Source: Malacoraja senta
Taxonomy: Eukaryota
Reading direction: 5' to 3'
DNA: 64,000 bases
Assembly (NCBI GenBank): GCA_038087875.1
Contig: CM075978.1
Span: 159,898,001 to 159,962,000 of the forward strand
Position 1 is the stretch's first letter. Each line of letters starts with the position of its first letter. A program made the position numbers and the translations under genes. Below are positions 53,726 to 64,000 of the stretch, piece by piece. A model generated the notes under the pieces. That model worked only from the letters and a program-made list of their open reading frames with translations. It ran no database searches and was not told the origin of the DNA.

Positions 53726-56723
53726 CTGTCCTTGTGATGTCACTTTCAGGGAACTATGTACCTGCACTCCTAGATCCCTGTGCTCCACAACATTCCCCAA
53801 AGCCCTGCCATTCACTGTGAAGGTCCTGCCCTGGTTGACTTCCCAAAATGCAACATCTCACACTTATCTGCATTAAAATCCATTAGCCATTCCACAGCCC
53901 ACTTGCCCAGCTGATCAAGATCCTGCTGCAGCTTGGATAACCATCTTCACTATCTACAACACCACCCACTCGTGTTGTCTGCAAACTTACTAATCATGCC
54001 TTCCACATTCTCATCCAAATCATTGATATGAACCACAAACAGCAATGGACCCAGCACCGATCCCTGAGGCACACCACTAGTCACAGGCCAACCAGAGAAA
54101 GACATGAAGACTAGCGAACTAAGGACAGTTAATGGAGTTGTCTTGAGGACAGTCCATATTACAGTCAAACAGGTGCGGAGTGTCTGAAGACTAATAAAGG
54201 TAGACAAACCTCCCATGCCTGATGAGATATATCCAAGAGCATTGTGGGAGTTATGGCTGAGATATTCTGGCACGTTCTCACTGGATTGTACGTGATGTAA
54301 CCTTCCAGAACAGTCGTATCAAAGACCTAGATGAAATCCTTATAGACAGCGTCTACAGTTTTGTCCTTGTCAGCCTTTTGGCTTACTTCAAAAAACTCAA
54401 TCAGATTCGTAAGACAGCATCTCCCATGTGCAAAACCATGTTGCCTATGCCTAAGCAGCCCATCTCTTCAAATACTCATATATCTGATCCCTTACTATCC
54501 TCCCCAGTAACTTACCTACCACAGATGTTAGGCTCATTGGTCTTTAATTCCTAGACTTTTCCCTGCCGCCCTTCTTAAATAAAGGCACTAATTTAGCCAC
54601 CCTGCAGTCTTCCGGCACATCACCAGTATCTAATGATGGTTCATATATCTCAGCCAGGGCTCCTACTAAATCTTCTCTAGCTTCCCTCAGTGGCCTCAGA
54701 TATAACTGATCAGTCCAGGAGATTTATCTACCTTCATTTGCCTTAGGATATCCAACACCTCCTTGACTGTAATACAGACTGTCTTCGACATCTCCCTTAA
54801 ATATTATGCAATCTAATACAACTAACCAACACTGATGAGGAAAAAGCACATTGCTGGAGGAACTCAGAAGGTCAGGATCCATTCCCTCCACAGATGCTGC
54901 CTGATTTATTGAGTTCCTCCAGCACTTTCTATTTTTACTCAGGATTCCAGCACCTGCAGTTCCTGGTGAGTTTTCACTTTGAAGAATCTGGGGTCCAGAT
55001 AATCAAGATGGTGATAACATCTTGATTATTTCCCCCTACTCAATTATCCCTGTCTTCATGTCTTACTTCATGATAAAAACAGAGGAGAAATATTCATTGA
55101 GGACCTTCCCGATCTCCTGCTTCTTCACATACAGGTGACTGCTTTGGTGTCTGTGAGGCCCTATTCTCCTTCCAGTTACTATTTTTCGCTTCATATAAAA
55201 TCTCTTTAGATTTTCCTCTATATTACTTACCAGAGCGATCTCCTGCCCTCCTATTTCCTTCCAGATATTTGATTTTTAAATCAGAGATCCGTTTTGTCGT
55301 CAAACAAATTCACTGAACCGCTCCGCCCAGCATCTCTCAGTTTACGTCACTTGGAACTTTGTGTGACTGAATCTGAAGGCAAGGTGCACTGCAAGATTTC
55401 AATTGATCCTAAAGTTTATGTGCTGAGCCTAAAAAGGGTTCTATTGTAAGTAATACTTCTCCACCTCCCTCCATCCTTCTTCAAGACTTTCCCTTAATCT
55501 ACTCATGCGAAAATGGAATTGGAAAAAGTTCTGAATTGGTTCTGAATTACTGAGTCACGTCCCTGGTTTGATAACAAGATACTTGGGCCCAAGAACAGGT
55601 ATTCATTGAGAAGATAACAATTTACCTGTTGCTTAATTCTTTATATAGAAAATTGACAATATGGTTCAGGTACTACCAACAATGGTGCAAGCAATTTTTT
55701 TCAATGGGTATTCTTCAAAACAAAAACTCACCATTGTAGACACAAGGAACTGCAGGTGCTGACCTGCTGAGCAATTTGTTTTTTCGTCATCAGTGTAGGT
55801 TAGTTGTACTAGATTGCATAATATTTGGATGGGGGCCATATAATCAAGATGGTGATAACATTTTACAGAGGTATTTCAGTGCAAGCTGGATACACAAACC
55901 CTTCTTCTGTGAAGACTTCAGCATGTTGATGAGAGAGTTCTCATAGTACATAAACCACTAATTAAACTGACACCAATTGTTGCCAATGGAAATTTGATAT
56001 TTAAGTATGAAAGAGTTGCAAACATGATCATGTTTCACAGCTGAAATTGGAAACAGTAACGCGGAAAATGCAGGACAGCTTGAATGAAAGCCAGACATGA
56101 TGTAAACACTCAGCAAGTCAGACATTGCTTCTGTTTCTTCTCCCCATAAATACATTATGTGGTTTGATGGTGTTTACAGCATTTTCTCTACTTTATTTCT
56201 TTAGCTGCAAGTGAGTGGATGATCAGAACAATGGTGCCACCTGGTGTTGACCTATATAAATGGCATGAAAAAACTCTGAAAGACCTTGTTTTCAGTTTTT
56301 CCAAGGATATTAATAAATGTTAAATTTACTGTAACTAGTTCTTACTCTTGAAGTAGCACATGTCTCTGGGACTACAAGTGTTGATAGGGCTAGCTATGTA
56401 TGTGAAGGAGTGGGCTTGAATTTTACTGGGGGTCCTTTGTGCAAGAGTGGTGTTTATGATTTATTAGACTTCAGGCAACAGTGAGGGGCCCACTTGTAAT
56501 CTTACTCAATTCAGCATCCTCTATTTTAGTTAGTTCAGCAACCCCACCCTACTCAATTCAGCACCCACCTCCCACCCTACTCAGTTCAGCATCTCCCACC
56601 CCACTTAATTCTTCTAGCTCTTTCCATCTCCCCCCCCCCCCAAACCAATGTCTACTTGTGTGTAAAGGTCATGGGTTCAATGCTTACTCTGGTATTGGGA
56701 GGAATGTATTATCCAAGGTTACA

Positions 56724-57011
56724 AAGTGCTGGAGTAGCCAAGCAGATCCGGCAGCATCTCTGACTGGAGAACATGGATAGGTGACGAGTTGTGCGGGACC
56801 CTTCTTCAGAGTGATTGTTGGGGGGGTGAAGAAAACTGTCAGAGGCTCACAGCTATTCCCCCCCCCCCCCACCCACAATCGGTCTGAAGAAAGGTTCTGA
56901 GCTGAAATGTCACTTATCCATGTTCTCCAGAAATGCTGACTGACCCGCTGAGTTATTCCAACACTTTGTGTCCTTTTTTATATACCAGCATCTGCAGTTC
57001 CTTGTTTCTAG
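56724..57011. mobile_element. Inverted pair of Penelope-derived terminal repeats with decayed hammerhead cores
   Basis: Mirror arms around G-run and C-run; ccaaggtKaca at 56713 and 57012. Confidence 0.7.
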
Positions 57012-57504
57012 CCAAGGTGACAGGTCAGTGCAATATGAAGGAAGTGTTGGTTTGCCTAAGATTCTTCCTTCAGATGAGCTATTGAACAATTTAGCCTATC
57101 TTCTTTATACTAAGTACAAAGCCAGATAACATCTTAAATTGCTGACTTACAACTTAAAGCCAGGATGTTCAGAGGCAAATTTGCTAACACTGAGATGAAA
57201 CTAATAACTAATAATTGACACAAAGTGCTTAGGTAGCTCAGCAGGACATGCAGCATCCATGGAGAACATGGATAAGTGACATTTCAGGTCGAGATCCTTC
57301 TCATTTATCAAAAATATTTGGATAAATTCCTTAAATTAATTTATTTCATAACATTATGCTGCATTAAAAGATAAGCAGTTTTACTAAACAATAATTTTAT
57401 TGCACAATAGTTTGTTGCAGAGCAAACAATTTGAATAGGAATGTGTGAGCATGGTTAGTAAATTTCCAAGCAATACTAAGATAGGTAATATTGTAGTTAG
57501 TGGC

Positions 57505-58325
57505 TATCAAGAAATGCAGAGGGATCTTGATCAGTTTGGGTAAGCTGGTTGAGGAATAGCAAAAATAATGTAATTCATTTTGAGACATCAAACCAGGATA
57601 GGACTTTCACAGTTAATGGTCAGGCCCTGGGGTATATTATAGGGCAGAGGGATCTAGGAGTACAAGTAGATACTTATCTAAAAGCAGCATCACAGGTGGA
57701 CAAGGTGGTAAAGGAGACATTTGGCATGCTGGCCTTCAGCGGTAGAGGCATTGAGTATAAATGTTGGGACATTATGTTGCAGTTGAACAATACGTTGGTG
57801 AGGGTGCACTTGGCGTATTGTGTTCAGCTCTGGACATCCTAATATAGGACAATGTCATTAAGCTGGCAAGAGTGCAGAGAAGATTCACAAAGATTTTGTC
57901 AGGACTTGAGCGATTGAGGTATTGTCTAGGGTGAGTTTAGGTAGGATGGGGCTTCATACTTTGGAATATAGGAGACCGTGGGGTGATCTTGTAGAGGTGT
58001 ATGAAATCTTGAGGGGCATAGATGGGGTGAAAACACATAGCATTTTTCCCCAATCAAGAACTGGAGGTCATAGCTTTAAAGTGAGATGGGGAAATATTAA
58101 CAGGAACATGAGTGCCAGCAATTTCACACAGAGGGTGGTACTTTTATGGAACGTCCTGCCAGTGAATGTGGTTGTTCTTCTACAAGAACATTTAAAAGAC
58201 ATTTGGACAGGTTCATGATTAACAAACATTTAGAGGGATATGGGTCAAATGCAGGCAAATAGGGCTGGGGTAGATAGCCATTTTGGTTGGAATAGACTAG
58301 ATGCACTGAAAGGCCTGTTTCTACT
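57505..58325 (+). mobile_element. CR1 LINE fragment
   Basis: QRDLGVQVD...LVRVHLAYCVQLW; FTQRVVLLWNVLP. Confidence 0.88.
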
Positions 58326-58343
58326 GCAAGTTGAACTTCTAAA

Positions 58344-59322
58344 GTAGATTAAGCGGGACCCATTGGGTCCCTGTCACACGGGAGGCCTGTTCCCCCAACA
58401 CAACCCGTTCCCCAACGCAATATTCCACCACTCACCCGTTCCCCCAACGCAACCCGTTCCCCCAACACAATATTCCACCACTCACCCATAGCCCCAACTG
58501 TGCAGGCACGGCTCATTTCCCCTCATCCCCGAGCACTCCCTCCCCCTCTACATCCTCCCTCTTTTCCCCTCCACCCCTCCCCCAATCCCTCCCTCACCTC
58601 TCCCTCCCTCTCCTTTCCCCTACCCTCAGTCACTCGCTCCCTCCCTGCACAACTTCTCACCCCTCCCTACCCCTCTCCTATCCCTCTATCCCCCCACCTC
58701 CCCGCTCCTCACCTCCCCCTATCCATCTTCACCTCGCCAGGTATTCCCCACTCCCTACCTCCCCCCCTCCACTCCCTCTATTCCCCCTTCACCCCCACTC
58801 TCCCTCCTCGCCTCCCCAGGATCTCGAGGTTGCCGCTCCTTTCCCTCCATGCATGCCGAAGCAGCTGCTGCGGGGCCGCGGGCCGCGGGCAAGCTGGGGA
58901 AACTGGGGAAGCCGGGCCGCAGGGAAGCCGAGCCGTGGGCTGTGGCCGTCCCCTCCGGCTGCTTCCGGCCAACTGGCTGCAGCCGTGCAATGCCTGACGA
59001 GGCGGGCGCCGCTGAAGGACAGCGGAAGTGGCCAATCAGTGTGGCCGCGTCCGCTGTCCTTGCGATGCTCCTTCCTGATTGACAAGAGAGGAGACCAATC
59101 TGCGTGGCGGCGACTGACAGCAATCTGCGCATGCGCGGTTTTTACGACTTTTAAACCTTAATAATTCTTACAATACCACCGATCGGAACAAAACCTGTTG
59201 CACTCGCAGCACAGGAGAACGGTGAGTTAGTTGGTGAAAAATCGTAGCGTTATCGCCTATCATTTTTGCGCAAATAGAAAAACCCTGCAAACCGGAAGAG
59301 CACAAGATCAGAGTTTTAGTAA
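58344..59322 (-). mobile_element. Non-autonomous Helitron-like element A
   Basis: Minus-strand 3' end: GGGACCC-aat-GGGTCCC hairpin then CTAC (CTRR-like); 5' region homologous to element B; internal tandem repeats and a GC-rich core. Confidence 0.6.
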
Positions 59323-59407
59323 GTGGGACCCGTTGGGTCCCAGTTTCACACGGAAGGGCTGGTCCCCCAACGCAATATTCCACCTCCCCACCAATTCCAA
59401 TTCCAAT

Positions 59408-59517
59408 ATACACACACACACACACACACTCTCACACATACATACACTCAGACTCACACATGCACTCACACACACTCAAAGACTCACACACACACTCACA
59501 CACACTGACTCACACAC
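59408..59517. repeat. Imperfect (CA)n microsatellite
   Basis: Direct observation. Confidence 0.95.
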
Positions 59518-59584
59518 CATATATATGACAGTAAACTTTCTTGAATCTACTTACACGGCTGAGCGCGGCCTCTCCACTGTGGGG

Positions 59585-59730
59585 CTTCCTCAGTCAGCGG
59601 AACTTCCGCAATCAGCGTGACCTCTGCACTTACCGGAAATTACGCAATAAGAGCGACCTCTGCACTCACCGGAAATTACGCAATCAGTGTGACCTGTCCA
59701 CTAAGCGGAAGTCACGAAATGAGCGGGACT
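59585..59730. repeat. 36-bp minisatellite (about 4 diverged copies)
   Basis: gacctctgcactYaccggaaattacgcaat units at 59619 and 59655. Confidence 0.85.
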
Positions 59731-59738
59731 TTTGGTCT

Positions 59739-59950
59739 AAACACAGTTGGACCTAATAAAGCATTTACTCCTTCCAAACTCAGTCGGACCTAATAAAGCA
59801 TTTATTCCTTCCAAACACAGTCGGACCTAATAAAGCATTCATTCCTTCCAAACATAGTTGGACCTAATAAAGCATTTACTCCTTCCAAACACAGTCAGAC
59901 CTAATAAAGCATTTATTGGTTCCAAACACAGTCAGACATAATAAAGCATT
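59739..59950. repeat. 37-bp minisatellite (about 5.7 copies)
   Basis: aaacacagtYggacctaataaagcatttaYtccttcc. Confidence 0.92.
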
Positions 59951-60770
59951 GCAGTTTCAAGCACAGGCAGGGCAGCAGGCCAAACAACTCATGGCATTGT
60001 CATTTCATTTCATTTCCAATTAAGCATTGCACTTTCAAGCACAGGCAGGGCAGCAGGCCAAACAACTCATGGCATTGTCATTAAGGGCTAACAAATCATT
60101 TATTGCAAGTACATTGCAGACTCACAGTTCAGTTGATTCACAGCTTAGAATGATAGTCGTGGCCTCTCCCTTGCTATCTTGCAGAGTGACTGACTCGCGT
60201 CCAGGCATCCGGGGTTTTATAGTCCTGCCCTCCGGAAGGGGTGTTACCTTCATCGCTGTGATTGACAGGCGAGAGTACCAATCAGTTGATCTCAAGGTTT
60301 TTTAAACACTCATAACTTTTTTATTTTTCATCGATGGGAAAAATCCTCGGGGCTGGCTTAGCGGAGGACTGCGAGTAAGATGGCCAAAAATCACAGTGAT
60401 ACAGGGTTGTGATTTTTGTAATATCAATATACAGTGCAGACAGGAAGTGGTCAAGATGAGACTTTTAATTATATAAATATAATAGAATGTAGAATAGATA
60501 GATAGATAGATACTGAGTCCACAATCCCTTACTGAATAATTTGAGGGAGCAGGTAATCAGATGCCATATCTTTGCACGTGTTAAAATCTTGTGTTTTTGT
60601 GTTAATTCTCTCTGCAATTAGTTTGGTTATGGCTAGGTACACCAAACACGTGTGCCTTTCATTAATCAACTTCTCTTTACCCAGAGATCCTTCATTATAC
60701 ACCATTATTAACTTTCTAGAAATCCTAATACTGCACACATTCAGTACCATTCTTCAATTAGTTTATCAAT

Positions 60771-61688
60771 TGCAGATGACACAAAGCTGGGTGGCAGTGT
60801 GAACTGTGAGGAGGATGCTATGAGAGTGCATGGTGCTTTGGACAGGTTGGGGGAGTGGGCAGATGCATGGCAGATGAAGTTTAATGCGGATAAATGTGAG
60901 GTTATCCACTTTGGTAGCAAAAACAGGAAGGTAGATTACTATCTAAATGGCATCAAGTTGGGAAAAGGGGAAGTACAACGGGATCTGGGGGTCCTTGTAC
61001 ATCAGTCTATGAAAGTAAGCATGCAGGTGCAGCAGGCAGTGAAGAAAGCGAATGGCATGTTGGTCTTTATAACAAGAGGAATTGAATATAGGAGCAAAGA
61101 GGTCCTTCTGCAGTTGTACAGAGCCCTAGTGAGACCACACCTGGAGTATTGTGTACAGTTTTGGTTCCCTAATTTGAGGAAGGACAATCTTGCTATTGAG
61201 GGAGTGCAGTGTAGATTTACAAGGTTAATTCCCGGGATGGCGGGGCTGCCAAATGCTGAGAGAATGGAGCAGCTGGGCTTGTACACTCTGGAGTTTAGAA
61301 TGATGAGAGGGGATCTCATTGAAACGTATAAGATTGTTAAGGGTTTGGACACGCTGGAGGCTGGAAACATGTTCCCGATGTTGGAGGAGTCCAGAACCAG
61401 GGGCCACAATTTAAGAATAAGGAGTAAGCCATTTAGAACGGAGATGAGGAAACACTTTTTCTCACAGAGAGTGGTGAGTCTGTGGAATTCTCTGCCTCAG
61501 AGGGCGGTGGAGGCGGGTTCTCTGGATGCTTTCAAGAGAGAGCTAGATAGGGCTCTTAAAAATAGCGGAGTCAGGGGATATGGGGAGAAGGCAGGAACGG
61601 GGTACTGATTGGGGATGATCAGCCATGATCACATTGAATGGCGGTGCTGGCTCGAAGGGCCTACTCCTGCACCTATTGTCTATTATCT
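60771..61688 (+). mobile_element. Young 5'-truncated CR1 LINE with an uninterrupted 269-aa RT C-terminal ORF
   Basis: ORF 60799-61608: WQMKFNADKCEVIHFG, QRDLGVLVH, LVRPHLEYCVQFW; intact 3' tail. Confidence 0.95.
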
Positions 61689-62089
61689 AATGCACACCAA
61701 AGCAGCAGCCTCCAAAACAGCAGCTTTTATGATAAGTTTTAATTTAGAATATTTTTTTCTGCTAAATAATGAACCAGTTGTATTGGCATTATTCCTCAGT
61801 GAGGTGCAGTGAATTTGCTTCTTTTTAAAAAAAAACCTTCAGTTGCAACTGTGGGATTTCCCACATTCCAGAACTGCTGTTCTCACTGAAATTCTCAGAT
61901 ATTGTTAATTGTTACCAGTTTTGTGCAATAGATCAATGCCAGTTAAATGTAATGCAGAACGAGCTAAAGACTCTGTGTTCATCAGTGCTTCCGTCCTATG
62001 CATTAGTCCGGGTTGAGTATAAAGTAAACTGTCAAATTGAGCCAAAATTTGTGTGCATCTTTAATTTTATTAATTTCCTAAACCTACCA

Positions 62090-63350
62090 CAAGAACACAA
62101 ACAATAGGAGCAGGAGTATGGCATTGGGTCCTCCAAGCCTATCCCAACATTTAATAAGACCATGGTTGATCTGTGCTGGCCTCAACTTCTCTTCTGTGCC
62201 ATTCATCCACACCACTATTTTCCTCAATTATGTCAATTTTGTCAATTATTTATCCACCTCCACTTTACATATTTAGAATGATCATACTTCAACCACTTGC
62301 AAAGAAATCCATACTTAAATCCAGAGATTTGCCACCAACTGAGAGAAGACATTTTTACATAACCCAGTGTTAAACAGCCACCCTTATTTTGAAGGTATGA
62401 CCCCTTATGCGAGTCTCCCACTAGTGAAAACATCCCGACTTCTGCCTTGTCAAGCACCAACCTTTGCTTACACCATAGACAGACACAAAATGCTGGAGCA
62501 ACTGAATGGATCAGGCAGCATCTCTGGAGTGTATTTTGGTTGGACAACTCCCTCCTCTCAGGAATTAAGCTGGTAAATCTTCTTTGTACTGCCTCCAGTT
62601 ACTATAACTTTGGTGTAGGCAACGAAAAACATGCAGCACTTCAGGCGAGGCCTCACCAACACCATGTGCATTTGCAGCAAAACCTCCGTTTTTACACTCC
62701 AGCCCCTTTAGAATGAAGACCAAATTGTTGTTTGCCTTCTTAACTAATTGTTGGACCTGCCTGATAATTTTTTTGAGATTCATGACTAGAATACCTAGAT
62801 CCCTCCATACTTGTCTGAAGAAGGGTCCAATCCCAAATCATCACCCATCCTTTTTCTCCAGAGATGCTGGCTGACCCGCTAAGTTACTCCAGCATTTTGT
62901 GTCTGCCTCCATACTTCACTCTCGCATTTAGGAAATAATCTGCTTTTTGAATTCTCTAACCAAAGTGCATGCCTTTACTCTTTCACATATTAAATTCCTT
63001 TTGCCCACTTAATCTATCCATATTCTGTGGCAGGTTCACAGTATCCTCATCAGAACATTCCTTTCCACCTATTTTCATATCAGCAGCGAATTTGGAAGCC
63101 TTACATACTGTTCCTTCCTGCCCCGGTCATTAATGTAGTGAACAGTTGCGGGCTCAGGATTGATCCCTGTGGTATTCTGTGGGTTACCTTCGTCCAGTCT
63201 GAAAAGGCCCCATTTATTTCAACTCTATTTACTATCCATTCCAATGCAGTTCCCTCGATACCATGGGGTTTCAATTTATGCATCAGCCATGTGGCACTTG
63301 TCAAATGTTTTTTAGAAATCTGAATACACTCCATCTACAGGCACCCCGCT
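62090..63350 (-). mobile_element. Older CR1 LINE fragment with nested Penelope-derived inserts (62813-62905, TSD cctccatactt)
   Basis: IPQGSILSPQLF RT motif; 3' tail acaataggagcaggagta. Confidence 0.7.
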
Positions 63351-63469
63351 ATCAACTCTCCCTGCAACATTCTCAAATTGGAGTTATATACAACATGGAA
63401 GCGGAACCTGCCTATCCAGCCTCTCATTACAACTCAAACCCTGTAGACCCAGAAAATGCCACATCAATT

Positions 63470-64000
63470 GTTTTTCACCTTTTCCCGTTTAACAACACCC
63501 TTTCAATAGCAGGGTGACGAGACTGTGCACAGTACTCAAATGTAGCCTTACCATTGTCTTGTCCTGCCATAACATGATGTCCGGACTCATACCCTGACCA
63601 ATGAAGGTAAATGTGCCAAATGCCTTCTTCACCACCTGTGTCCATGTTCATGCAATTATACACATGTAACCCTAGATTTCTGTGTACAACACTCCCAGGG
63701 CCCTACTATTTACATCCAAGTCTCCCAAAACCTTGCACATATTTGAATTACACTGCATCTGCCATTCCCCAAACCATTAGCCTAGTTGATCAAGATCTCA
63801 TTTTAATTGTAATTTGTTCAGTTCATTATACCTGAAGGGTCTCGACCCGAAACATCACATATTCCTTTTCTCCAGAGATGCTGCCTGACCCGCTGAGTTA
63901 CTTCAGCATTTTTGTCTATCTTCTGTGTAAACCAGCATCTGCAGTTCCTTCATATGTATACCACCAATTTTCGTGTCATTCAGAAAACTTACTACTCACG
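63470..64000 (-). mobile_element. CR1 fragment with a nested Penelope-derived insert (about 63833-63955)
   Basis: Similar to 53300-54000; gggtctcgacccgaaac. Confidence 0.6.

Larger units (their letters stand above)
52575..54790 (-). mobile_element. Longer CR1 LINE fragment with nested SINE and Penelope-derived insertions
   Basis: [24 protein letters not shown]...ISKFAD RT motifs at 53960-54090. Confidence 0.8.
59320..60511 (-). mobile_element. Non-autonomous Helitron-like element B with internal minisatellites
   Basis: Same GGGACCC hairpin at 59325-59341; minus-strand 5' end (ATCT)n...TATAATTAAAAGTCTCATCTTG with an A|TC start; (CA)n, 36-bp and 37-bp arrays. Confidence 0.6.

Noticed and set aside
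58500-59161. Overlapping Pro/Gly/Arg-rich ORFs
   Set aside because: By-products of C-rich low-complexity and GC-rich sequence inside a repeat; no splice structure or domain
59739-59950. CRISPR-like array of 37-bp repeats
   Set aside because: The units are contiguous with no unique spacers, there are no cas genes and the context is vertebrate; it is a minisatellite
60799-61608. 269-aa ORF as a host gene
   Set aside because: It is the C-terminal part of CR1 ORF2, with near-identical decayed copies elsewhere in the window
44000-64000. Exons of PSMD7, the downstream neighbour in some vertebrates
   Set aside because: I recognised no PSMD7-like peptide on either strand

Overview
Eukaryotic genomic DNA from a vertebrate, most likely a cartilaginous fish (skate/ray-like repeat content; an inference). 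The window holds the 3' half of WWP2, a NEDD4-family HECT E3 ligase, on the + strand. There are 14 coding exons from 1403 to the stop at 40200, encoding WW3, WW4 and the full HECT domain. All introns are GT-AG with consistent phases; exon numbers 11-24 follow the human gene. The cartilage microRNA miR-140 lies in its expected intron (21681-21740), which identifies the gene as WWP2 rather than WWP1 or ITCH. The rest is intronic, 3'UTR and intergenic DNA rich in repeats: CR1, RTE, Rex1 and L2-like LINEs, V-SINEs, Deu-SINEs, Penelope-like (GIY-YIG) fragments and a hAT-like remnant. Four observations stand out. (1) A family of short Penelope-derived inserts carries minimal hammerhead-ribozyme cores, with 9-15 bp target duplications and inverted tails, including a tandem triple core in the putative WWP2 3'UTR. 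(2) Two non-autonomous Helitron-like elements form a head-to-tail dimer carrying promoter-like motif arrays. (3) Paired SOX motifs lie where the mammalian WWP2-C/pri-miR-140 promoter sits. (4) A spliced uORF has its stop overlapping the WWP2-C ATG. Repeat family names and boundaries were recognised by eye and are approximate.
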